64,000 nt of DNA, from contig PPNB01000019.1 in assembly GCA_003707115.1 (NCBI GenBank), forward strand, positions 1-64,000, written 5' to 3'. Positions 29,271-39,027 of this stretch are shown in pieces. Under the pieces are notes generated by a model. The model made no database searches, was not told the DNA's origin, and worked only from the letters and a program-made list of their open reading frames with translations. Source of the DNA: Tortispora ganteri. Lineage: Eukaryota. The translations under genes were made by a program, and so were the position numbers. How positions within the stretch are numbered: position 1 is the stretch's first letter; every line of letters starts with the position of its first letter.

Positions 29271-31829
29271 ATGAGATGGCCTTCAAATCTAGCTTCTGTG
29301 CTAAAATTTCCCACTGATGACAATGTAATAGATATTGCAATTTCGGAAAATGCATCTATTTTGTGGTCGATAACACCCACACAGCTCATTTGCTGTGATA
29401 CAGTGACATTAGCACCGGTTTGCATCACAACTCGATCAGCAACATCCATAGAACAACACGGATATAATATCAAGATAAAATGTTCCCATTTAAAGAGCAC
29501 AATATTGACTTCAAAAGGATCTATTTTTGTTTATTCAGCTCATTTTGAAGATGAACAGTTGGGCTTATTTGTCGATTCTACTTACGCACTGTCTAATCCG
29601 CCTGATCCTGATACCATTTTACTTACCAACCCCGGACCAGGACAAGCCGATGGCATTAGGAGATTTACAATTGACTTAGAGACAGCTATTACTGGAAATG
29701 CAATTGATTGCTGTACTTACGATACAGAAGTAATGAGCATCAGTTCGTCTCAAATATTCATTCGAAATGTTACAGGCCATGTCGTTAAAACTACGAGATT
29801 GTCTTATTCGTATGACGAATTAATAACTACTGCTATCGCAAGCTCCTATGTTTTTTTCATTTTTAAGGATGCTATTTATGGCACATCTTTTCAGCATCTT
29901 TCCTTTGATTTCTTATTGCATACTTCTGAAAAACCACTCTCCGCTGCATTTAATGAAGCTTACAATCTATTGTATATACTCTTCGAATCTGGAGCCTGGA
30001 GCATTTATTCATTTACAGAGATAACTTTAGACTTATTATTTATAAAGTCAAAACGACCCTCAATCGACACGGGACCCCCGCTGCACTTATCTGCATCGGA
30101 TTCTTCTTTTCTTGTATCTTACCGCGACGTTTGCGTACAATATTCCATTTATGGCGCTGAAATAACGGCATGGTGCAATGAAAAACATGTTATCCGATCA
30201 ATCTGGTCCAGGTCAAGGTTATATTTATTACAAGATAAGTCCTCGTCCGTTTTTGTCCTTGATCAATCGACATGGAATTTTCTTACAAACTCAGACTCGC
30301 AAAGCATCATAACCCCCGCTTTCCATTGTCATGACTGCAGAGTAGATATTTTTAGAGGCCGAGCGATTGATTACAGGAAAGGTATAGATCACGAAACTCC
30401 TCAGTGGTTGAGCCTCAATTTGCCATTGGGATATATTGCGCAGAATGCACCGCTGAAGTACATAGGCGTTTCTCCAGATTGTGAATATGTTGCTGTAGCT
30501 GGCAATTATGGTATGTCAACGTACTCCATTATGTCTAGGCGATGGCGAATGTTCGAAAGTGAAGATGAAGAGCAAGAATTTTCAGTAGATGGCGGCATCG
30601 TTTATTATCGCCGATTATTGATTGCTTCTGTTAAGACTCGTGCTTCTCACCAACTTTGGGTGTATAATAGAGATGAAGAGCTTTCATCTAGCGCTGTACT
30701 TCATAAAGTTGACGTCAGTGCTAAGGTCCTGCATATGTCAATCGACTCTGCTGAATTAATAGTGTATACAGAGTCTAACGCGTTAATACATTACCACATA
30801 TATGGTAAAGAGAATAAATTATCACAAATTGCAGAAATTTCATTTGGTGGACTCATTGATAATCCTTGCGATGTCACGCAGATTGCTTGGCTTTTGCCGG
30901 AACACGATGGAAAGAAGCCTTTGCAATTGACTCTTTCTGCTTCATTTTTAATGCTAGTTTCTGGCAAACTTATGCTCTTTTACCCCGGTAATACTTCACA
31001 TAAACTGGATGAAATATGTTTACATGTGAAGCAGCTTGCTGACACTTTGGAATATTTTTTCGCAAGTACTACTGGGCTCGTTAAAGACTCGATTTGGGGA
31101 TATGATGGTGAAAAGATGCTGTTTTGGCTTTCGGTGTCGGAAAAGCTGAAGCAAGATTGTGAACCTACATATGACGGAATTGAGGTAGACTTTTACCCCC
31201 TAAGTGTTCTGGCAGAGCGCGGAATTATTACTGGCGTTGAAAATAAAGTAGAAAGGCAAGTTGGAAGTAATTCATCGCTGCTTTTCCGACAACAGGTACG
31301 GTCAGTATTGTTTTTGCCTAAAGTTTGGAAGGAACTTATTAGGACAGGAAAGAAAGAGGATGCCCTTTACTTAGCCGACAAGTACACGCATTTGGAGTAC
31401 TTCAGTTTTGCGTTGGAATTACTCCTTCATGACGTTCTCGAAGAAGCTGCAAGCAGTGCTGCTGACAGTACTAGTATGCAATTGCTGAATGCCGTCGTAG
31501 AGTTTTTGGATAGGTTTCCGGAGAGATTGGATGCTATTGTGGGATGCACTAGGAAGACGGACGCCAAGTTTTGGCGTGTGCTGTTTGATTTTGTTGGTCC
31601 AGCTGAAGCCTTGTTCGAGGACTGCATTCATAAGAGCAAGCTGAATATTGCAGCAGGATTTTTGCTTATTATGCATACATTTGAACCTGAACGAGATTTG
31701 CAGAAAGATGTCAAAACTTTGCTAGATCAAGCAATGGCAGCTGAAGACTGGAATTTATGTAAAGATATTGCCAGGTTCGCTGATGCTTTAGGCCACAAAC
31801 AGCAACTTCAGGAGATTATGTCTGTATGA
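29271..31829 (+). CDS. RIC1: Ric1, subunit of the Ypt6/Rab6 GEF
   Basis: MRWP start resembles the Ric1 family M-x-W-P (the ORF track uses upstream ATG 29223); C-terminal RIC1 domain YFSFALELLLHDVLE, VGCTRKTD..W..LF, DWNLCKDIARF. Confidence 0.85.
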   Translation: MRWPSNLASVLKFPTDDNVIDIAISENASILWSITPTQLICCDTVTLAPVCITTRSATSIEQHGYNIKIKCSHLKSTILTSKGSIFVYSAHFEDEQLGLFVDSTYALSNPPDPDTILLTNPGPGQADGIRRFTIDLETAITGNAIDCCTYDTEVMSISSSQIFIRNVTGHVVKTTRLSYSYDELITTAIASSYVFFIFKDAIYGTSFQHLSFDFLLHTSEKPLSAAFNEAYNLLYILFESGAWSIYSFTEITLDLLFIKSKRPSIDTGPPLHLSASDSSFLVSYRDVCVQYSIYGAEITAWCNEKHVIRSIWSRSRLYLLQDKSSSVFVLDQSTWNFLTNSDSQSIITPAFHCHDCRVDIFRGRAIDYRKGIDHETPQWLSLNLPLGYIAQNAPLKYIGVSPDCEYVAVAGNYGMSTYSIMSRRWRMFESEDEEQEFSVDGGIVYYRRLLIASVKTRASHQLWVYNRDEELSSSAVLHKVDVSAKVLHMSIDSAELIVYTESNALIHYHIYGKENKLSQIAEISFGGLIDNPCDVTQIAWLLPEHDGKKPLQLTLSASFLMLVSGKLMLFYPGNTSHKLDEICLHVKQLADTLEYFFASTTGLVKDSIWGYDGEKMLFWLSVSEKLKQDCEPTYDGIEVDFYPLSVLAERGIITGVENKVERQVGSNSSLLFRQQVRSVLFLPKVWKELIRTGKKEDALYLADKYTHLEYFSFALELLLHDVLEEAASSAADSTSMQLLNAVVEFLDRFPERLDAIVGCTRKTDAKFWRVLFDFVGPAEALFEDCIHKSKLNIAAGFLLIMHTFEPERDLQKDVKTLLDQAMAAEDWNLCKDIARFADALGHKQQLQEIMSV

Positions 31830-32055
31830 TACATGATATATTATTTGTATAAAAGATTCATATAAATAAATAAATAGCCGCTAGGTCACAAAATTAAACC
31901 GAATTTATTGTCTGAACCACTGAGTTTGTATCCGCGCGCTTCATAACGCACGGCTAGTAAAGTTTTACTACCTACCATTTGAACTCAAGATCACCTTTAT
32001 GTAGATTCCGGCAACCATATACAGCCGTTTGAAAGTCTGACAGCACCTTAAATAG

Positions 32056-32575
32056 ATGTCTTTCCCTAAAAGAATAATAAAGGTGAGTATAAAATATTTT
32101 ATACTTGAAATTAAAAACTCACTACTTATGTAATAGAATTACTAACATTTCATAGGAAGCGGAAAGAATAGTTTCGGACCCCGTGCCTGGAATTGTTGCG
32201 AAACCTCATGAAGATAATCTGAGGTTTTTTGATGTCATTATCGACGGTCCTGAAGGATCACCATTTGAAGGTGGTCATTTCAAACTTGAACTGTTTTTAC
32301 CAGAGGAGTATCCTATGATGGCTCCTAAAGTTCGATTTTTGACTAAAGTGTACCATCCTAACATCGATAAAGTGGGGCGAATATGCCTAGATGTTCTGAA
32401 AAATAACTGGAGTCCGGCATTACAGATCAGAACCGTATTATTATCTATACAATCTCTTTTGGAGTCACCCAATCCTGATGATCCATTAGCTAACGATGTT
32501 GCAGAGGCATGGAAGGAGGATTCCAGTAAAGCGATTGCTACAGCCAAGGAGTGGACCAGTAAATATGCGAAATAG
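32056..32575 (+). CDS. UBC13: Ubiquitin-conjugating enzyme E2 Ubc13; exons 32056-32082 and 32156-32575
   Basis: Spliced product [22 protein letters not shown]. Intron GTGAGT..TACTAAC..TAG at 32083-32155. [14 protein letters not shown] active site. Confidence 0.96.
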
Positions 32576-32871
32576 GAGGGATATCGAATTAGGAATATGA
32601 TCTCAGTTTTGCTGAATAGCTTAATGTTACTGAAAACGAAAATGAACATTCTGTGGACTTTCTCTGCTAATATTAAGGACATGTCTCCTGCAGTTAAGCG
32701 GCTTACAATGAACGTCTTAATATTTTCTAGACAATGTGTCTGGCTAAGCTACATCAATACATCCAATCTTTCTTAATTGGATCACATAATAAGAGAAACA
32801 TGCATAATTCCCCACAATGTATGGCGATATATACGTAAAACTAAGGACAGTTGACTATCAAAGGAGCCACA

Positions 32872-33468
32872 TTAAGCAGTGCACTCCATGATAGCGGAGA
32901 CAATATCTCCATCGTTGCTCTTTAAAGCCTTCACAGCTTTGGCTCTTGAACAGTTGGCCTGTCCCATAACTGTTTCGATATCTTCACCGGATAAGCCAGT
33001 CTCGTCGACTTCACCCTCCTCTTCAGGTTCTTCTTGGATTTTGAGTCCTTCAGCGGCGTCAGCCAACACATCAGGAGCACCTTCCTCACCAGCACCTTGT
33101 TGAGCAGCGGCGGCAGCGGCAGCCTGCATGTTTTGCAAATTAGGGGCGCTGAGGTCCTCAACGCGGATCTCACCGAAAACGACGTAACCACCGGCAGGGG
33201 TCTGGTAAACATCAGGTCTAGAAATAGTAAAGAGAATAGTACGCGAACGACGCATAACCAGACGGAGAATACCGTCGACCTTCTTCAATCCGAGCTTCTG
33301 AACGGCTTGCATGGCCTTTTTGGCATTGCGAGAGTGGATTGCAATTGATGAGCCTTCAGGAATGGTAGCGTCATCGTTAGGGATTTCCTGGGTTTCAGCG
33401 ACGGCTTCGGCCTCAGGGGAATCGGGGAGCTCTTCAATTCGGGGCTGTTGGGCTTCTTCGGTAGACAT
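32872..33468 (-). CDS. EGD2: Nascent polypeptide-associated complex alpha subunit
   Basis: NAC domain (KLGLKKV..YVVFGE) and C-terminal UBA (DIETVMGQANCSRAKAVKALK). Confidence 0.95.
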   Translation of the reverse strand: MSTEEAQQPRIEELPDSPEAEAVAETQEIPNDDATIPEGSSIAIHSRNAKKAMQAVQKLGLKKVDGILRLVMRRSRTILFTISRPDVYQTPAGGYVVFGEIRVEDLSAPNLQNMQAAAAAAAQQGAGEEGAPDVLADAAEGLKIQEEPEEEGEVDETGLSGEDIETVMGQANCSRAKAVKALKSNDGDIVSAIMECTA

Positions 33469-33839
33469 TTGAATGGCTATTTGGTTAATTACACTGGTAA
33501 TGGTGTTGGACTCCTTGGTTGCTTTCCGGGGTTGGTAGTTTAGGGTTAAAAAGGGTTGTGACTGCTAACTGTGCCAAAAGCGAAGTGCAGTTAGTAATTA
33601 CAGCAGCAAATGATAGTGGAAACCAATAATAGAGCGCCGTAATATATTATAAAGAATGTGGTGAATATAGAATATATACGTAGATTTATAGTATGACATG
33701 TAGTGAAGTAGGCGTGTCAGGCATCAATATAAGGAGCTAGTGAACCACATATGGTGGTGTCTCCACATTAGTACTCTGCGTGGAGTTCATAGAGGTTAAG
33801 AATGATCTTTAAAAAGGTATCTGCTAGAGATTTCTAAGT

Positions 33840-34509
33840 TTAAAAATCATCATCCTCGTCATCATCGACAACATCGAATTCAAAGTTAAGCTCTTCGTCC
33901 CCTTCAGTTTGGAATGTGTCGTTCTCGTTGATGCGTGCCGATTCAGGTAGTTCACCAAGACGCTGTAACTGTCTAGCCTCATCAGCATTGTACTTAAGTA
34001 TAATATCTGCCTGATCATCTTGAAAGTCTCTTAATGCAAGCAATACAATATCACCTTGGTTAATCCATACTTTCTTGCGCATCTTACCTCGAATGTGAGC
34101 TAGACGTGTTTTACCATCGAAACACGAAGCCTCGACTCTACCGTTGCCTAGCATTTTGGTGACTTGAGCATACTCTTGCTCGTCGTCTTTGAATTGTAGT
34201 TCACGCTTGTCATTGTCGTTTTCATTTTTGCCTCTTCGGCGATTCTAATACTGTTAGTAACAAGCCCAAATATGTAACGAAATCATTCACATGCTGAGGC
34301 AGTTTCCTGTACAAGCCACCCTACAAAGAAAAAACCGAATCGACTATGCTGGTCCTCAGGTCCTCATAGATGCTCCAAATTTAGATGTGGAAAGCATTTT
34401 CCTATCCATATATATTTACATACCTTTCCTCCCTATTAGATTGTTAGTATAATGTACTTCCTCGACAATAATATGTGCAAATACTTACTTTTCCTTTGTT
34501 CTTAGGCAT
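33840..34509 (-). CDS. TIF11: Translation initiation factor eIF1A; exons 34509-34489, 34432-34424 (9 nt) and 34244-33840
   Basis: Spliced product [34 protein letters not shown]. Introns GTAAGT..TACTAAC..TAG (34488-34433) and GTATGT..TACTAAC..TAG (34423-34245). Confidence 0.96.
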
Positions 34510-34660
34510 ATTGATAATTTCTAAGTACTATGTTGGTGGGAGTTTTTTGCCATAATATACAAGAACCCCATAGCAACGTAAAAGTTGCAAAATAGAGCAT
34601 GTTTCCGCACCCAAATCATCGACTCCCTTTTGATTACCTATATTCCACATCTAAAACTAC

Positions 34661-35674
34661 ATGTATAATCCGCCGTACCCTGCACAATCACCCCCATTGC
34701 ACCATCCGGTGCCGCAACATCCGATAAATTTTGCGCATGAGCAGCAGTATGGATACTCGCCTCAGAATCAGCCGCATCAACAACCGCAAATGCCGCAGCA
34801 GCTACATGCTAACGTTTACGGGCAACCCCAAGTTTCTCGACAAGGAATGCCCGCAGGTCAGCCAAATGCAGACTTTCAGCAGTTTCTCAACAATCCTGCT
34901 GCATCTGTAGGTATCAATATGGGCCGAAATGCTATGGCTATGGGCCAAGAGTACGTGGAGTCGTCATTTGGCAAGTACGTCTCGTTCAAAGCATTGCGAC
35001 AATACTTTCAAGTTTCAAACCAGTATGTAGCCGCAAAATTAGGCTTAGTGGTATTCCCTTGGAAGAACAAAGTGTGGTCACGGCAAACTGCATCTGGTTC
35101 TGGAGTAGAATCGCCGGTTGTTACTCCTGGAACCCCCGGTCCATATCCTGCTGTTATCCACTTGCCGCCGCGCCTCGATTTGAACGCACCGGATATGTAC
35201 ATACCATTAATGGGATTCACTACCTACTGTTTACTCGCATCGATCATACAAGGACTACAAGATTCCTTTAACCCAGAAATATTTGGGTTCACTGCATCGA
35301 GAGCATTGTTAATTATGCTCTTTGAAATAGGAACTTTGAAGCTTGGCTGCTACTTGCTCCAGATCAACTCGCCGAGTCAGTGGCTCGATTTAATAGCATA
35401 CTCTGGATACAAGTTTGTCGGTATTATTGCTGCGACAGTGCTAAGCTACCCGATGCGAGAAACATCTCGTTGGATCAGCTTCTGTATCTATTTGTACATG
35501 TTCGCTGCCAACTCATTCTTTTTGCTGCGGACTCTGCGCTACGTGGTATTACCCGAAACAGAAGGATATGAGCAAGTAAATGTGCCACCAAAAAGGCGGC
35601 AGAAACGTGTACAATTTCTTTTCGTGTACGCAGTTGTCCTCGAGTTTGCATTATGTTATTTCTTGACCCTCTAG
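34661..35674 (+). CDS. YIF1: ER-Golgi transport membrane protein Yif1
   Basis: P/Q-rich N-terminus, YFQVSNQYV..KL, DLNAPDMYIPLM, DLIAYSGYKFV. Confidence 0.93.
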   Translation: MYNPPYPAQSPPLHHPVPQHPINFAHEQQYGYSPQNQPHQQPQMPQQLHANVYGQPQVSRQGMPAGQPNADFQQFLNNPAASVGINMGRNAMAMGQEYVESSFGKYVSFKALRQYFQVSNQYVAAKLGLVVFPWKNKVWSRQTASGSGVESPVVTPGTPGPYPAVIHLPPRLDLNAPDMYIPLMGFTTYCLLASIIQGLQDSFNPEIFGFTASRALLIMLFEIGTLKLGCYLLQINSPSQWLDLIAYSGYKFVGIIAATVLSYPMRETSRWISFCIYLYMFAANSFFLLRTLRYVVLPETEGYEQVNVPPKRRQKRVQFLFVYAVVLEFALCYFLTL

Positions 35675-35823
35675 ATTAACATAAGCGCACGTTTGACTCT
35701 TTAGCAGCCATTGGGTAACCTACGACGACACCGTGGGTAAAACTCTACATATCGCCACCACCCACACCTCTATCACGTCTCACTCTTTCTATTTTACGTC
35801 TATTCATTAATTTCATCTAAGTA

Positions 35824-37188
35824 ATGTTTACAACTACTGATCCTGAGATTGCAGTCTCTCATACAGGAGAGCCAGATACATTTGCATACACGACTGCTCT
35901 GAAACGATGGGTACCTATCATCGAAGCAATTGTGACAGACGTTCAAAGCTCTGCTGTGGCTGGAAAAAGCGAATCTGGCTCAAAGATAGTAGAGAACCTG
36001 AATAAATTGAAAAACTCTATAATAAATAATGATTCAATCGAGCCTTTGCAGGAATCAACTGAAATTGGCAACCAGTATAACGAGGAAATGAAACTACTAC
36101 GTGCCAAGTATGGTACCTTAGAATGGAGAAACGGGCCTTGGCTTTTCACGGAGTGTTTGCTTTACCGCAAAATCTACAATTTTTTTGCAGAACAGACTGA
36201 ATGGAAAGATTATGATCCTTTTAGAACCACAAAACGACGTGCATTTGAAAGCTCAATAAACAATGTGCTCAAACTGGCAGATGGGTTTTTCCTTTCAATC
36301 GAACCTTTTAAGAGTCAATCATTCGAGGAGCTACATACGGCCGACCCTGAACAGAACAAGCAATTATTTATTGAAGTGATGCTTGTTTCTTTGTGGGGTA
36401 ATGGTTCTGACCTGTCACTAATGCCTAATGCTACTGAGAAAGATCTTCAGAGAGTACAAGCTGTGCGCAGCCTTGAGGCTTCGCTCAAACGAATCGTCGA
36501 TAATGACTTTGATGAACTATATTCCAGTTTGCATTTATCGGCACCAAAGAACGGTAAGTACAAGCAGATAGATATTGTTCTAGACAACTCTGGATTTGAA
36601 CTGTACTCAGATATGCTATTAGCTGTGTATCTGATTGAATCCAAATTAGCCGAACAGGTGGTAGTGCATCCCAAAGACATTCCCTGGTTTGTGAGTGACA
36701 CACTGCCTGCCGATATAGTTGAGCTGATCGAAATGCTAGATGTTTCACTAGCCAATTCCTCTTTAGATGCCAAACTTTGTGAATCTGGCAAACGTTTATC
36801 AGCATTATTGAAGTCGTACCTAAAGGAGGATAAATTGCAAATTAAGAAGCATTCATTTTGGACCACAGCTCACCCTATTGGACGAGTTTTTCAGTACGGT
36901 AAAGATCTTGCGAATTATTTCTACGAGAAATCAGATCTTGTAATTTTCAAAGGTGATTTGAATTATAGAAAACTTACCTATGACGGCAAATGGGATCGAA
37001 CCGTTAAATTCAGGGAGGCTATAGGGCCACTGGCCACAGACGACAAAAGATTTCCGATACTCTCATTGCGAACCTGCAAAGCAGATGTGTGTGTTGGTTT
37101 GAGTGAAGATCGTGCTCTGGAATTGTCTAAAAATCCGGAATGGACGTATGACGGATTTTATGCTGTTGTTTCCTTCAATGCGGTTTGA
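35824..37188 (+). CDS. DUF89/ARMT1-like damage-control metal-dependent phosphatase (YMR027W-like)
   Basis: PWLFTECLLYR, SLWGNGSDLSL, LDNSGFEL, PWFVSD, FKGDLNYRKL, LRTCKADV. Confidence 0.92.
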   Translation: MFTTTDPEIAVSHTGEPDTFAYTTALKRWVPIIEAIVTDVQSSAVAGKSESGSKIVENLNKLKNSIINNDSIEPLQESTEIGNQYNEEMKLLRAKYGTLEWRNGPWLFTECLLYRKIYNFFAEQTEWKDYDPFRTTKRRAFESSINNVLKLADGFFLSIEPFKSQSFEELHTADPEQNKQLFIEVMLVSLWGNGSDLSLMPNATEKDLQRVQAVRSLEASLKRIVDNDFDELYSSLHLSAPKNGKYKQIDIVLDNSGFELYSDMLLAVYLIESKLAEQVVVHPKDIPWFVSDTLPADIVELIEMLDVSLANSSLDAKLCESGKRLSALLKSYLKEDKLQIKKHSFWTTAHPIGRVFQYGKDLANYFYEKSDLVIFKGDLNYRKLTYDGKWDRTVKFREAIGPLATDDKRFPILSLRTCKADVCVGLSEDRALELSKNPEWTYDGFYAVVSFNAV

Positions 37189-37263
37189 TGATCCTGTATA
37201 CAGAATTGAACTATAATACACGCGCCAGTCCAACACCTTAACTTTCGACAACAACCACAGAAT

Positions 37264-37778
37264 ATGATATATTCGTTCTGGATTTTTGATAGACATTGTA
37301 AGTAATTATTATTATTTATGCGAATCTGTGTTAATTGCTATGAATTAATTGAAGATATACAAAAATAGTACTAACGCGGGCAGGCGAGTGCGTGTTCAAA
37401 CGAATATGGCACAGAGGGGACGGCGATGAAGGGGAAGATGAGGATATAGGGAAATTGATATTCGGTGTGATATTCTCAATTCGAAATATGGTAAGACAAA
37501 TAGGAGGCGAAGAAGAAACGTTTTCATGTTTTGCCACTTCCAAGTACAGGCTACATTTTTTTGAGACGGCTACTAATACGCGGTTTGTATTGATCACAGA
37601 CAACATGATTGAATCGATGCAAGTTATTTTACATCAAATATATGTCAACCTATTTGTCGAATATGTTGTCAAGAACCCATTAACGAAAATACAGAGCGGT
37701 GTTAAAGAAAACATCAACAATGAACTGTTTAGTCTGAGCTTGGACTCCTTCATAAAGACATTGTCCACATTTCAATAA
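37264..37778 (+). CDS. BET5: TRAPP complex subunit Bet5; exons 37264-37297 and 37384-37778
   Basis: Spliced product MIYSFWIFDRHCECVFKRIW. Intron GTAAGT..TACTAAC..CAG at 37298-37383. KLIFG..FSIRNM and VEYVVKNPL motifs. Confidence 0.94.
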
Positions 37779-37805
37779 CTTAAACTTTACCAACGTATAC
37801 GAATA

Positions 37806-38330
37806 ATGAGAAAACTACCGAATGTGCTGATCACTGGCACTCCGGGCACTGGAAAATCACTTCATTGTCAGATGCTGATTGATGGAACAGATAACACATT
37901 TAAATTGTTGGATATCACGCGTATTGTGAAAGATGAAAAGCTTTCGGACGGATACGACAAGGAAAGAGAATGTCTGATCGTCGACTCAGACAGGCTTGCC
38001 GATTTCCTGGATAAAGATTTGGAAGAAGGAGGCAAGGTTATCGACTGGCATGTTTGTGATGGTTTTGATAAGGAGCTGATCGACTTAGTAGTTGTTCTGC
38101 GATCTGGCTCAGAAAACCACTATGACCGACTAAGAGCGAGAAACTACAAAGAGTCCAAGTTGCAAGAAAATTTAGATGCAGAGATCATGGGTCTAGTCCT
38201 TGAAGATGCCTACAGTACATATGACAAGGAGCAAATTGTTGAACTTGCTAGTGATTCTATTGAAGATGCCGAATCGAATATCGATCGAATATCTCTGTGG
38301 ATAGATGCATGGAAGAAACAGCATCAATGA
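37806..38330 (+). CDS. FAP7: Adenylate kinase 6 / 40S maturation ATPase
   Basis: PNVLITGTPGTGKS P-loop, IDWH, DLVVVLR, KLQENLDAEI. Confidence 0.94.
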   Translation: MRKLPNVLITGTPGTGKSLHCQMLIDGTDNTFKLLDITRIVKDEKLSDGYDKERECLIVDSDRLADFLDKDLEEGGKVIDWHVCDGFDKELIDLVVVLRSGSENHYDRLRARNYKESKLQENLDAEIMGLVLEDAYSTYDKEQIVELASDSIEDAESNIDRISLWIDAWKKQHQ

Positions 38331-38392
38331 AAGACAAGTGGCTTCATAATGAACAATTTATGAAATTATTTTTAAATAGATAATTCGTCAAC

Positions 38393-38947
38393 TCATTTCA
38401 GCAGAAACTCCTGTAGTTTTTTCAAAGCCTTTGCTCTATGACTAATTTTGTTCTTCTCAGACGGGTCCAGTTCTGCAAAAGTTTTCGGCTGGTCGCTTTC
38501 CTGTTCGTCAGGCTCAAAGACAGAATCCCACCCAAAAGTTGGAGGTCCTCGTGGCCCTACGATTTTTCCTGAGCAGACACCTTGCAATATCTGTACTGGT
38601 TTGTTTGGACCCTCTGTATATGCAAATGTGCAAATAGCATTCGCTGACTTGTCTTCATATGCCGCCAACAATTTATTCAGCCCCTCAAGGCCAATTCCTT
38701 TTAGGAACCACTTGATATAAACACCGGGTAAACCATTTAAAGCATTAAAACATAATGCTGTATCTTCAGTTATAGTAGGTCCTTTGACAATTTTAGCGGC
38801 ATATTCGCATTTTGCGCGAGCCACTTCTTCTATAGACCCTTGCACTTCAGGAGCATCTATATCTTCATTTCTTATTTCTATTTTACCCTCTAGTATTTTA
38901 GACACTTCTTTCAGTTTATTTTTGTTGCCAGTAACGAATGTCAACAT
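38393..38947 (-). CDS. HAM1: Inosine triphosphate pyrophosphatase
   Basis: [39 protein letters not shown]. Confidence 0.96.
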   Translation of the reverse strand: MLTFVTGNKNKLKEVSKILEGKIEIRNEDIDAPEVQGSIEEVARAKCEYAAKIVKGPTITEDTALCFNALNGLPGVYIKWFLKGIGLEGLNKLLAAYEDKSANAICTFAYTEGPNKPVQILQGVCSGKIVGPRGPPTFGWDSVFEPDEQESDQPKTFAELDPSEKNKISHRAKALKKLQEFLLK

Positions 38948-39027
38948 TCTTACGGTAGTTGTCGAAGTAGAAGTTGGTGGGACCCATTTACCAATAACTT
39001 AGATATAGATGCAAGTTCTTTGGCAAT

